Of a stretch of DNA of 32,000 bases, positions 24,525 through 32,000 are shown piece after piece. The stretch lies in assembly GCA_000214015.2 (NCBI GenBank), contig CAID01000016.2, forward strand, positions 206,794 through 238,793, read 5' to 3'. The translations under genes were made by a program, and so were the position numbers. The notes beneath the pieces are model-generated. The model did not search any database. It saw only the letters and a program-made list of their open reading frames with translations, and was not told the DNA's origin. This DNA comes from Ostreococcus tauri (Eukaryota). The stretch's first letter is position 1, and every line of letters begins with the position of its first letter.

Positions 24525-26270
24525 TTAGGCGCAGAGATCCCGCACTTTTTCAACAATCGCGTCGGTGACGCGTCCAACCGTCGCCTCATCCGTCGCCTCG
24601 ACGTACACTCTGACGCAGTCCTCGGTCCCGCTCGGTCGAACGAACGCTCGCCCTCTGACTTTCTCTCTCCCTTCATCATCCAATATTTTCTCGATCGCTT
24701 CTTGCAATCCTGGCGGTTTCTCGCACGTTCGCTCCGCGTCGACGGTTTTGATCGTCGTCCTGTCGCGAACGACAACCTTGGTCTGGCGACTGCTCAGATC
24801 CGTGTAATACAGATTCGCGATGGAACCCTTGATTTTTCGCACTCGCAAAATGGCCTCAACCAAGAGAATCCCGCTCATGGCGTCACCCACGGCGGGATTG
24901 ATGCATCGCTGCGCGTGCGTCAACGCGAGGAGCGCCTTGACTTGAGGCATCGCGCGTTGGGTCAACGCCTCCACAGTCGCCTCCTCGATCGCCTTACTCG
25001 CGGCGGGCGAGAACAGAGCGGTCCCATGACCGTTTGATTCGAAATACACCCCGATGTCCATCTCCTCTGCTTTGTGATGAAGATGTTTCACGCCGGTCGG
25101 GACGCACGCTGGGGGCTCGCCGAGACGCTCGGTGAGAAACTTGGTCGACGCGCCGTTCGCGTACGCCGTCTGGACCACGCCGACGCGAACGTCCGTAAGA
25201 TACGGTTCGGCCTCGCGCACCATTTCGCCGAGAAAATCGGCGATGAGAACGGCGATCTGATCGCCGTCGACGAGCGCAATGGGTTCGCCCGGCGAGCGCG
25301 GCGTCTCAAAGTAAATAAGACGGTCGGCGTCTCCGTCCACCGAAACGCACCGCGTGCCCGGCTCCAAGCTCTCGAACCCACCACGCATGGGTGGCGTTCG
25401 TGCTTTTTGAACCAAATCGCTTCCGACGCCATCGTTCAGGGAGGAGTCCGCGGCGTTGCCTCGGTTTCGCAAATCGAACCTCAACCCGTACGATTCCACG
25501 GCTTCGCTCAGACCCGCAAGCTTGTCTCCGCCGACACCGTCGGCGCAATCGATCACGAGCGGCGGGAAATTATCGGTGTCGTTTTCGGTCTCGGTCATGT
25601 CGTCTTCATCCTTCTCCGTGAGTGCGGCGTATCCTGCGGCGAGACGCGCGTAGTAATCCGCCTCGGCGTCCGGCGCGCCCGTGTTTGTCGCCAGGACGTA
25701 ATAGTGCAACTGCGGCGTCGTCGCCACCCCTCGATCCACCGCCTCGACCCCCATCGCCCGAATCCCCGCCAGAGCCGCGTCCGCGAGCGCCCGTCCGCTC
25801 GCTCGCGTGTCCCTGGCGACGAATACCCGCGGCTTTCGATCGCTCGCTCGAGCCGCCGCCGCCGCCGAAGCGTCAACCATCCTCGCCGCCTCACCGAGCG
25901 CCGCGATCTGCGCCTCGGCATCCGCCTCACTCGCATTTGCCAACGCCTCGGCGACGCTCTCGAGCGCCATTGGCATCGTCCCACCGTTCGGCTCGACCAA
26001 CTTCACGCCGTTGTCCCGAGCCGGATTGTGACTCGCCGTGATCACTATTCCGGTCGTCTGCCCGCCGTGCGCGAGCGAACGCGCGGCCGCGAGCGCGCCG
26101 GCGCGGAAACACGTCGAGTGTAAGATCTCAGCTCGCGTACGGAATCCAGCGGTGCCGTAGGAGAACTGTATCGGCGCGCCACCGTCTGATTCCGTAGGTA
26201 ACGGATGATCCCGCGTCGCTTTCGCGTACGTTTGCGCCCACGCGTGATTTGAGGCGTCGGGAAGTGTCAT
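24525..26270 (-). CDS. AGM1: phosphoacetylglucosamine mutase
   Basis: The track ORF extends to 26453, but the first ATG matching the conserved N-terminus is at 26270 (MTLPDASN...FSYGTAGFR). Motifs: GIVITASHNPARDNGVKL, SVDGDADRLIYF, VQTAYANGAST, FESNGHGT, RPSGTEDCVRVYVEA. Confidence 0.9.
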   Translation of the reverse strand: MTLPDASNHAWAQTYAKATRDHPLPTESDGGAPIQFSYGTAGFRTRAEILHSTCFRAGALAAARSLAHGGQTTGIVITASHNPARDNGVKLVEPNGGTMPMALESVAEALANASEADAEAQIAALGEAARMVDASAAAAARASDRKPRVFVARDTRASGRALADAALAGIRAMGVEAVDRGVATTPQLHYYVLATNTGAPDAEADYYARLAAGYAALTEKDEDDMTETENDTDNFPPLVIDCADGVGGDKLAGLSEAVESYGLRFDLRNRGNAADSSLNDGVGSDLVQKARTPPMRGGFESLEPGTRCVSVDGDADRLIYFETPRSPGEPIALVDGDQIAVLIADFLGEMVREAEPYLTDVRVGVVQTAYANGASTKFLTERLGEPPACVPTGVKHLHHKAEEMDIGVYFESNGHGTALFSPAASKAIEEATVEALTQRAMPQVKALLALTHAQRCINPAVGDAMSGILLVEAILRVRKIKGSIANLYYTDLSSRQTKVVVRDRTTIKTVDAERTCEKPPGLQEAIEKILDDEGREKVRGRAFVRPSGTEDCVRVYVEATDEATVGRVTDAIVEKVRDLCA

Positions 26271-26409
26271 CGTGCGATTCTCTGTGTGCGTATCTACTTT
26301 CGGAGCGACGCGCGTCGAAGAGTGGCGACGAGCGTCGAGAGAATGAAGAATAAGGAAAAGTAAAGTACAAAAGTCACATTCCCGCACTCGTTGACGCTCG
26401 TCGTTCGCG

Positions 26410-27274
26410 ATGCGGGCGACGACGACGCGCTCGCCGTCGAGCGCCGTTACCATTCGATCGATCGGTCGACGGCGTTCGCGTTCACGCGCGATGACGCGCG
26501 CGAATAACAGCGACGCGAGGGATTATCTACCGAGCACCGAGCGCGAGACGAGTGGGACGTTCGCGACGACGACGGAGCCGCCGCCGACGCGACTGGAGCG
26601 CGCGTTCGCGGGCGTGGATCCATTGGCGACCGCGCTCGGGTCGTTGGCGGTGTGGTTGGCGGTGAGCGGACGCAACGTGAAGCGGCGAGCGAAGAGGTGG
26701 GAGCTCCGCGCGCGGCGAGCGGAGGCGGAGAATCAGGTGAGGAAGACGACGCGCGCGATCGCTGGCGAGCGATGAACAACACGTCCGTGATGATGTGTTG
26801 TTTGTGCACCGCTGCACGATCGAGCGGCGCGGATGACGAGTGAAACGACCGCGCAAGGGCTCCGACGCTCGACGGTTCGTCGAGCGGTGAAGAGAGACGT
26901 CGAACACTAATCTTCTCAAAATATCTGACGCGTGCGCTCGAACCAGTCGTGTGACGGGCGTCGATGGGATGTTGATTTAAATCATCGTTTTTGAGACTGA
27001 CGATCGATCGCGCATCACTGGTTCGCAGGATCTCGAATGGAGACTTCGCGTGGCCACGTCGGTGGCGAGCGGGTCGGGTCCTCCAGAACCACCGCGCGCC
27101 CCGAAACCGCCGCCGTCGACACCATCGCCGAGTCAGGCGCCATCGACACCGTCCACCGTGGACACACGAGATGTCATCATCGAAGGTTTACGCATGGAGA
27201 CGGAGGCGCTAAAGGCGGCGCTCGCACAGGCGCGCGCCGAGGCCCAGCGCGTCTCTCGAGACGACGTCCCGTGA
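26410..27274 (+). CDS. hypothetical small protein, proposed 2 exons 26410-26736 and 27029-27274 (basic N-terminus, one hydrophobic segment, Pro-rich linker, short coiled-coil-like C-terminus)
   Basis: ATG at 26410. Donor CAG|GTGAGG at 26737 in phase 0, and acceptor TTCGCAG| at 27028. ACTGAC at 26996-27001 sits 28 nt before the AG, matching the other introns here. Exon 2 continues in frame as DLEWRLRVATSV...IIEGLRMETEALKAALAQARAEAQRV. The unspliced alternative is 26410-26775. Confidence 0.45.
26737..27028 (+). other. proposed spliceosomal intron (292 nt, GT-AG)
   Basis: GTGAGG donor, ACTGAC branch-like motif and CAG acceptor. Both flanks join in frame. Confidence 0.45.
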
Positions 27275-27674
27275 GGCTCACTTTCAAGCATCGTCGTCGT
27301 TCGCATCCTACGGATACCATTCATTCACGCCACATAAAATATGCACCACTAGCCTCGTCATCGCCGGTCGCAGACGACCGAACGATTGGAACGCGCGCGA
27401 GAGCGCTCGCACGCGGCGTACCACAGATCCTTCGGACGCCGCAGTCTGGAGTGACTCGTATAGGCATTCGCCACACAAAATATGGGAAATTCAACAACGC
27501 CTCGCTTGTTTCCGGCGTGCGTTTGAACTCGTCTCTATGAATATGTAATATCGTCCTGTACAAGACCGACACACACATATTAAAAACCAAATTCGTCTTT
27601 GTGACCGAAACGCGACACGCCCGAGCCGCCTCGCTCGAAAAACCCTCCGCCTCTCCGCGACGCAAAGAATCATC

Positions 27675-29139
27675 ATGCCCGCGGCTCTCCCCACGGTCAC
27701 CGTGCAAAACGGCAACGGCGCGTCGTGCGCCATGCCGGAGGTCTTCCTCTCCCCGATCCGCGCTGACATCGTGAACGCCGTGCACACCGGCCTCGCGAAG
27801 AACGACAGTACGTCGATGACGATGATGTGACCTCGGGCGCGGACGATCTTCGTGCGCGACGACGCGACGACGTGATCGATGCACGTGCACGGCGAACGAG
27901 TACTGACGAAATACAACTCTGTTTTTTACTTGACTCTCAGGGCAAGCGTACGCCGTGTACCGACGTGCCGGCCACCAAACCGCGGCCGAGTCCTGGGGCA
28001 CCGGTCGCGCGGTCTCTCGTATTCCGCGTGTGCCGGGCGGTGGTACCCACCGCGCCGGTCAAGGGGCGTTCGGTAACATGTGCCGCGGTGGTCGCATGTT
28101 CGCGCCGACCAAGGTGAGCGATGCAGCGAGCGAGCGAGGACGCGAGACGCGCTCGAAGATGATCTTGCATTAGGGCTTTGGGCTTTGCTCTTTCTGAACG
28201 AGACACGGAGGACTACGACTGACCAGCACTTCCGCTTTTCGCGATTCGTAGACCTGGCGCCGTTGGCACCGACGCGTGAACATTAAGGAAAAGCGCTACG
28301 CGGTGTGCTCCGCTATCGCGGCGTCCGCCGTGCCGTCGCTTCTCCTCGCGCGCGGTCACCGCGTCGAGGGCGTCCCGGAGGTTCCGCTCGTCGTCGACGA
28401 CAGCGCGAGCTCCATCAAGAAGACGGCCAAGGCTGTCGAGCTTCTCAAGCAGCTCGGCGCGTATGCTGACATCGAAAAGGTGAAGGCGAGCCGCAACGTC
28501 CGCTCCGGTAAGGGTAAGATGCGTAACCGCCGTTACGTCCAACGCCGCGGTCCGCTCGTCGTCTATTCGGAAGACAACGGCGTCACTCGAGCGTTCCGTA
28601 ACATTCCTGGCGTTGAGTTGTGCTCCGTCGATCGCCTCGGCTTGCTTACGCTCGCCCCGGGTGGCCACGTCGGTCGCTTCATCATCTGGACGAAGAGCGC
28701 GTTTGAGAAGCTTGACTCCATCTTTGGCACCTCCACTTCCAAGAGCGCCTCCAAGAAGGGCTGGAAGCCGCCGACCAACATCATGGCGCAAACTGACTTG
28801 ACTCGTCTCATCAACTCCGACGAAATTCAGTCCGCTCTCAACGCGCCGAAGCTCGGTGCGATTCGCGCCCACGCTCCGCTCAAGCGCAACCCTCTCAAGA
28901 ACAAGTCCGCCATGGACAAGCTCAACCCGTATGCCAAGGTTGCTCGCGAGATGCAAGCTCGCGCGCAAGAGGAGCGATCCAAGGCCAAGGCGGCGAAGAG
29001 CAACGCGGCGCGCTCGGCGGTCGGTCAAAAGTTCTACGAATCTATGAAGGTCGACTCCAACTACGAGGGCGAGCTCTTCGAGGACTTCGACGACTGGCTC
29101 ACTCGCGGGGCGCCGGTGGTCCAACAAGGCGACGAATAG
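27675..29139 (+). CDS. RPL4: 60S ribosomal protein uL4 (RPL4), 3 exons: 27675-27807, 27941-28113, 28252-29139
   Basis: The spliced product reads [13 protein letters not shown]...[18 protein letters not shown]|[58 protein letters not shown]|[39 protein letters not shown]..., the conserved uL4 core. Donors are A|GTACGT and AAG|GTGAGC; acceptors are CTCAG| and TCGTAG|. Confidence 0.9.
27808..27940 (+). other. RPL4 intron 1 (133 nt, GT-AG, phase 1)
   Basis: Required to join the conserved KND-RQAYAV sequence. ACTGAC at 27902-27907. Confidence 0.9.
28114..28251 (+). other. RPL4 intron 2 (138 nt, GT-AG, phase 0)
   Basis: Required to join APTK-TWRRWH. ACTGAC at 28218-28223. Confidence 0.9.
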
Positions 29140-29219
29140 ACGTCACTCGCTTTTTAGATCGGACTCATTTGGAATCTCTAAGCTACAAGCTATTAGCACT
29201 ACAAGAATATCGTCTATAT

Positions 29220-32000
29220 CTATCCTCCTCTAAGAAAGTGATGCCTCGGTATCTGAGACCGCTCGACCCCGAACACGCGAGTCAGCGCCTTCACTGCGTT
29301 TACCACTGAAGGTGGAGCGCGCGAATCTGGCTCCAGCAAAAACGTCGCCGCAGCCTGGATCGCGATCGAGTGCTGTGATACCTGAGCGATCTCCCGCACT
29401 TTGGGCGATTTCGCACAGCAGGTAAGGAATTGCACCGAGGCGACGAGGAGCGTTCGAGCTCTCTCGCTCGTGTTTTCCTCCACGACGAACAAATTTGGAG
29501 CGAGTGCGGTGCCTTGACCCCACTGAACGTTACCTTCTTGAGATATCGTCGTTACTGTCTCCGAAAGTGGCGTCAACACATCGCTCAGCGTGCGTTCCGC
29601 TTCTTTCCGCTCGCGCGCAAGTGCTTTGCTGCTCAATTTTTTTGCCTTTGTCAAGACTTCTCGCAAGCGCTCAATCTCTCTCGCTCGCGGTGTCTTCTCG
29701 TCTACTTTCGAAATGACGTGGAAGGAACCGCGAGTGGAAATCTCTCTAGAGATTGGCGTCGCCAGCGCAGCGTCGGACAGTATCGAAACCGATGCCGAGA
29801 CGTACGCACGGAAGATGCGCCATACTGCGCTAGAATTGAGCGCGGCTTTTATCATGTCATCCAGAGCAACCTCTGACGCGTTCTCCACGGCCCTTGGCGC
29901 TACCGTCGCAGTGTTCATCTCTAGTATCTGGCGATACTGAGTGCTGGACTCGTCACGAGTCGAAGTGGGACGATGAGGCTTCGGAAAAGCAGCCAGCTTT
30001 GGGAAAGCTGCCGGCTTTGGAAACGCCGGTGCGACTCCACGCTGTTCAATCGTTGACCTCGCCGTTATGACTTGCGGATGCTTTGCAGATAATACCTTGT
30101 CAGTATTTTCTCGTGTGTGCCGATGGAAATCCATAGATTCTTTGAATCCGCTAAGAAGTGGACACAAGACGTCCGACAACACGACGGCGAGACACCCCTT
30201 GGTGTGATGGTCCACGGACTCAGCTATAGATTCGTGCGCGAGAACAACGAGTGGAAGTGCCACTGACCCTAGAACGAGCGACGGTGCGATGACGTTTTCA
30301 TCATCTTTCGTTTTCGCTGGCGTTATCAGGTCGGAAACCAGCTGAGTCGACGTTATGAGTCGCCGCGCCGCGCACTTTTGTGGCGCACCGAACGCGTGGA
30401 GCATGAAGTGCGGCAGGTAGGTCCTCACCACAGTCTCACCCGCGAGGCCAAGAGGCGAATTATCATCGCCACAGAGAGATTTTGCGAGGGAAGTGATCAA
30501 CGCTCGCTCACGTTCGATCACATTCGACGCCCCGATGATGGATTCAAGCGTGCCGCACGTGCACACGGCGAGTTGGCGTTCAGCCACCGAAGCAAGACAT
30601 TCGTCGGCATCGCGCCGAGCTGTCCGCAATGCGCCATCGATAGCGCACAGTTCGGCGCGAAAAATGTCCGTCGCGCGCTCTTCTAATGCCACCGCTAAGG
30701 CGTCGCTGATGTGCAGGCCATCACTTGCTCCCCATACGGATGCCTTTGATGAAGGCAGAAGAGGAATTAAACGTGGTAGAGTAAGAGTCAAAGCTGAGAC
30801 ATCACTCACGTGAGCTAAAGATCGAGCGTCTGCAACGATAAGACACTCGGCACAATGCGTGACGAGTGCTTGAATGATGCCACCGATCGCTCGCACGTGT
30901 GGTCCTCTACGAGACTCATCGTCCTGTTTATCTTTGCCAAAAGAGCAGCCTCTGAAGATGCTGACGCAGTGCTCTGGTAATCCCATGGCGATACGACGAA
31001 TGGACGCCATTGTACTCGCATCTTTCGCAAAAGACTTACTTATTTCTTTCGCCGCCAGCTTAGCCACGGCGACTCTGAAATCGCACTCTTGAGATGTCAT
31101 TAGTGTGCCCAGCTGTTCACCGGCAACGCCAACACGAGCATCGCCGCGCCTCTTCTTCCCTCGTAAAACCGTAGCTACGGCAGCTCCACCATTCGATTGC
31201 GACCAACCGACCGAGGTGACGGAGCTAGCTTCTTGATTCATTATCGACAACTCTCCGCGTGCGCACAATGCGACGGCGAGCGGCAAGGCACCGCCCGACA
31301 CAATGTCCACTGCCAAAGCAAACCAAGCGCACAGCGCTGGTTTCAAGTCAGACAGCGGCGCGCACTTATCCGAGAATGAGGCCGGAGAGCAGAGCGTCGC
31401 CAACGATCGCGAGACGAAAATTCGTTCGCGCCAGTCCTCGGACATTGATCTCTTCTCCACATCACCCAACGTCTCGAGCACTGTAGCTGACTGCCCTTGG
31501 TCGGCCACGATGAGGACGGCATACGCAGTGGCCCAAGCAACCGAGGCCTCGGCGATTATGGCTCCGTCGTTCATGGCTCCCTTAGTTCCGGCTCTCGAAG
31601 ACACCACCGAACCCGTCATTTTCACGCAGTCGGCCAATGATCTCATGACTCGAATCATTTCGTCAAATATCTTTGTTTGAGCCTGTCCTTGCGCACCATT
31701 CGTAGCTCGCCACGCGAGCCAGATTCCGAGGCACGTCGTCGCCGCGCGTAGAAGGACGCATCGAGGCGCGGGATCCTCGCTGGCAGTATTTTGAGCCGCA
31801 AGCGAGCTTAGTAGTTGCTTCAGGCAAAGTATAGCTTGGTCATCAGATCCTGCGCGTACGCACGCACGGAACAACTCCACGTGCACGCTCGCTCGATGCT
31901 GCAAGCGCTGAGACGCAGTGGAAAAGGGGAACGAGTGCCCGCCGAGTGCGGTAAAACCGTCGTCGCCGAGGGAATTCTCTGCCGGATTGTCTGTTACCTT
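29220..32000 (-). CDS. large alpha-helical (HEAT/ARM-like?) protein of unknown family, 5'-partial (continues beyond right edge)
   Basis: 894 or more codons. I checked the frame from 31905 to 32000 and found no in-frame stop, so the ORF runs off the window. The sequence is Leu/Ala-rich and helical, with no motif I recognise. An internal 3 x 18-bp repeat at 29977-30030 codes AAFPKP/AAFPKL/AAFPKP. Confidence 0.6.
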   Translation of the reverse strand, partial: KVTDNPAENSLGDDGFTALGGHSFPFSTASQRLQHRASVHVELFRACVRAGSDDQAILCLKQLLSSLAAQNTASEDPAPRCVLLRAATTCLGIWLAWRATNGAQGQAQTKIFDEMIRVMRSLADCVKMTGSVVSSRAGTKGAMNDGAIIAEASVAWATAYAVLIVADQGQSATVLETLGDVEKRSMSEDWRERIFVSRSLATLCSPASFSDKCAPLSDLKPALCAWFALAVDIVSGGALPLAVALCARGELSIMNQEASSVTSVGWSQSNGGAAVATVLRGKKRRGDARVGVAGEQLGTLMTSQECDFRVAVAKLAAKEISKSFAKDASTMASIRRIAMGLPEHCVSIFRGCSFGKDKQDDESRRGPHVRAIGGIIQALVTHCAECLIVADARSLAHVSDVSALTLTLPRLIPLLPSSKASVWGASDGLHISDALAVALEERATDIFRAELCAIDGALRTARRDADECLASVAERQLAVCTCGTLESIIGASNVIERERALITSLAKSLCGDDNSPLGLAGETVVRTYLPHFMLHAFGAPQKCAARRLITSTQLVSDLITPAKTKDDENVIAPSLVLGSVALPLVVLAHESIAESVDHHTKGCLAVVLSDVLCPLLSGFKESMDFHRHTRENTDKVLSAKHPQVITARSTIEQRGVAPAFPKPAAFPKLAAFPKPHRPTSTRDESSTQYRQILEMNTATVAPRAVENASEVALDDMIKAALNSSAVWRIFRAYVSASVSILSDAALATPISREISTRGSFHVISKVDEKTPRAREIERLREVLTKAKKLSSKALARERKEAERTLSDVLTPLSETVTTISQEGNVQWGQGTALAPNLFVVEENTSERARTLLVASVQFLTCCAKSPKVREIAQVSQHSIAIQAAATFLLEPDSRAPPSVVNAVKALTRVFGVERSQIPRHHFLRGG

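Noticed and set aside
25074-26123. Long ORFs antisense to or overlapping the recognised genes: 25074-26123 (+, 349 aa), 21350-22339 (+, 329 aa), 28213-29127 (-, 304 aa), 22296-23366 and 22474-23418 (-), and 10201-11040 and 10431-10965 in the GC-rich zone.
   Set aside because: Each lies opposite or out of frame with a gene that has unmistakable conserved motifs (AGM1, GMP synthase, RPL4). Their translations are Arg/Pro/Ala/Ser-rich low complexity. That is what stop-poor antisense frames of GC3-rich coding sequence produce.
27808-27940. A C/D-box snoRNA in RPL4 intron 1 (GATGATGTGA near the 5' end, CTGA near the 3' end).
   Set aside because: The C-box match is imperfect (ATGATGT). The CTGA is part of the ACTGAC branch-site motif shared by every intron here. 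There are no D' or C' boxes, and only about 3 bp of terminal stem.
1-32000. A prokaryotic reading of the window (operons, defence island, phage or plasmid genes, rRNA, CRISPR).
   Set aside because: Conserved proteins (RPL4, ARR-B) are only reconstituted by GT-AG splicing. The tRNAs have Pol III terminators and a canonical-position eukaryotic-type intron. The gene content is eukaryotic (uL4 of the 60S type, E-Syt, ELAC2, GARP). I found no rRNA, CRISPR array, integrase or transposase.

Overview
This is eukaryotic nuclear DNA, not prokaryotic. It holds 18 protein-coding genes and 2 tRNA genes in 32 kb. Gaps between neighbouring coding regions are mostly 40-425 nt; a few are wider. There are four GT-AG spliceosomal introns, and GC content is high but patchy. 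Plant-lineage genes (a type-B ARR response regulator with a GARP domain, a nuclear Ycf66-family gene) and CCCTAAA telomere-type motifs suggest a prasinophyte/Mamiellophyceae-like green picoalga (Micromonas/Ostreococcus-like). That assignment is inference only. Recognisable housekeeping genes are tRNase Z (ELAC2-type, 5'-partial), an SMP+C2 synaptotagmin-like tether, an SRA1/Sec31-C-like protein, a large WD40 protein, GMP synthase, phosphoacetylglucosamine mutase, ribosomal protein uL4/RPL4 (3 exons) and a large helical protein that runs off the right edge. tRNA-Glu(UUC) and tRNA-Lys(CUU) are also present; the tRNA-Lys carries a 112-nt intron. The most unusual part is 13.4-20.3 kb on the + strand. 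It contains (1) a divergent Argonaute-like ORF with PAZ- and PIWI-like strings whose catalytic and 5'-phosphate-pocket residues look substituted. (2) 74 nt downstream sits a Ser/Gly-rich ORF whose only four Trp residues are clustered. (3) Next is a repeat-dense 1.2-kb spacer with a 24-bp minisatellite, two tandem CCCTAAA units, an A18 tract flanked by direct repeats and three strong GC palindromes. (4) Last is a GIY-YIG nuclease ORF fused to four tandem CxxC...CxxC zinc fingers whose DNA repeats are nearly identical, indicating recent expansion. All family calls rest on motif recognition by eye; no searches were run.
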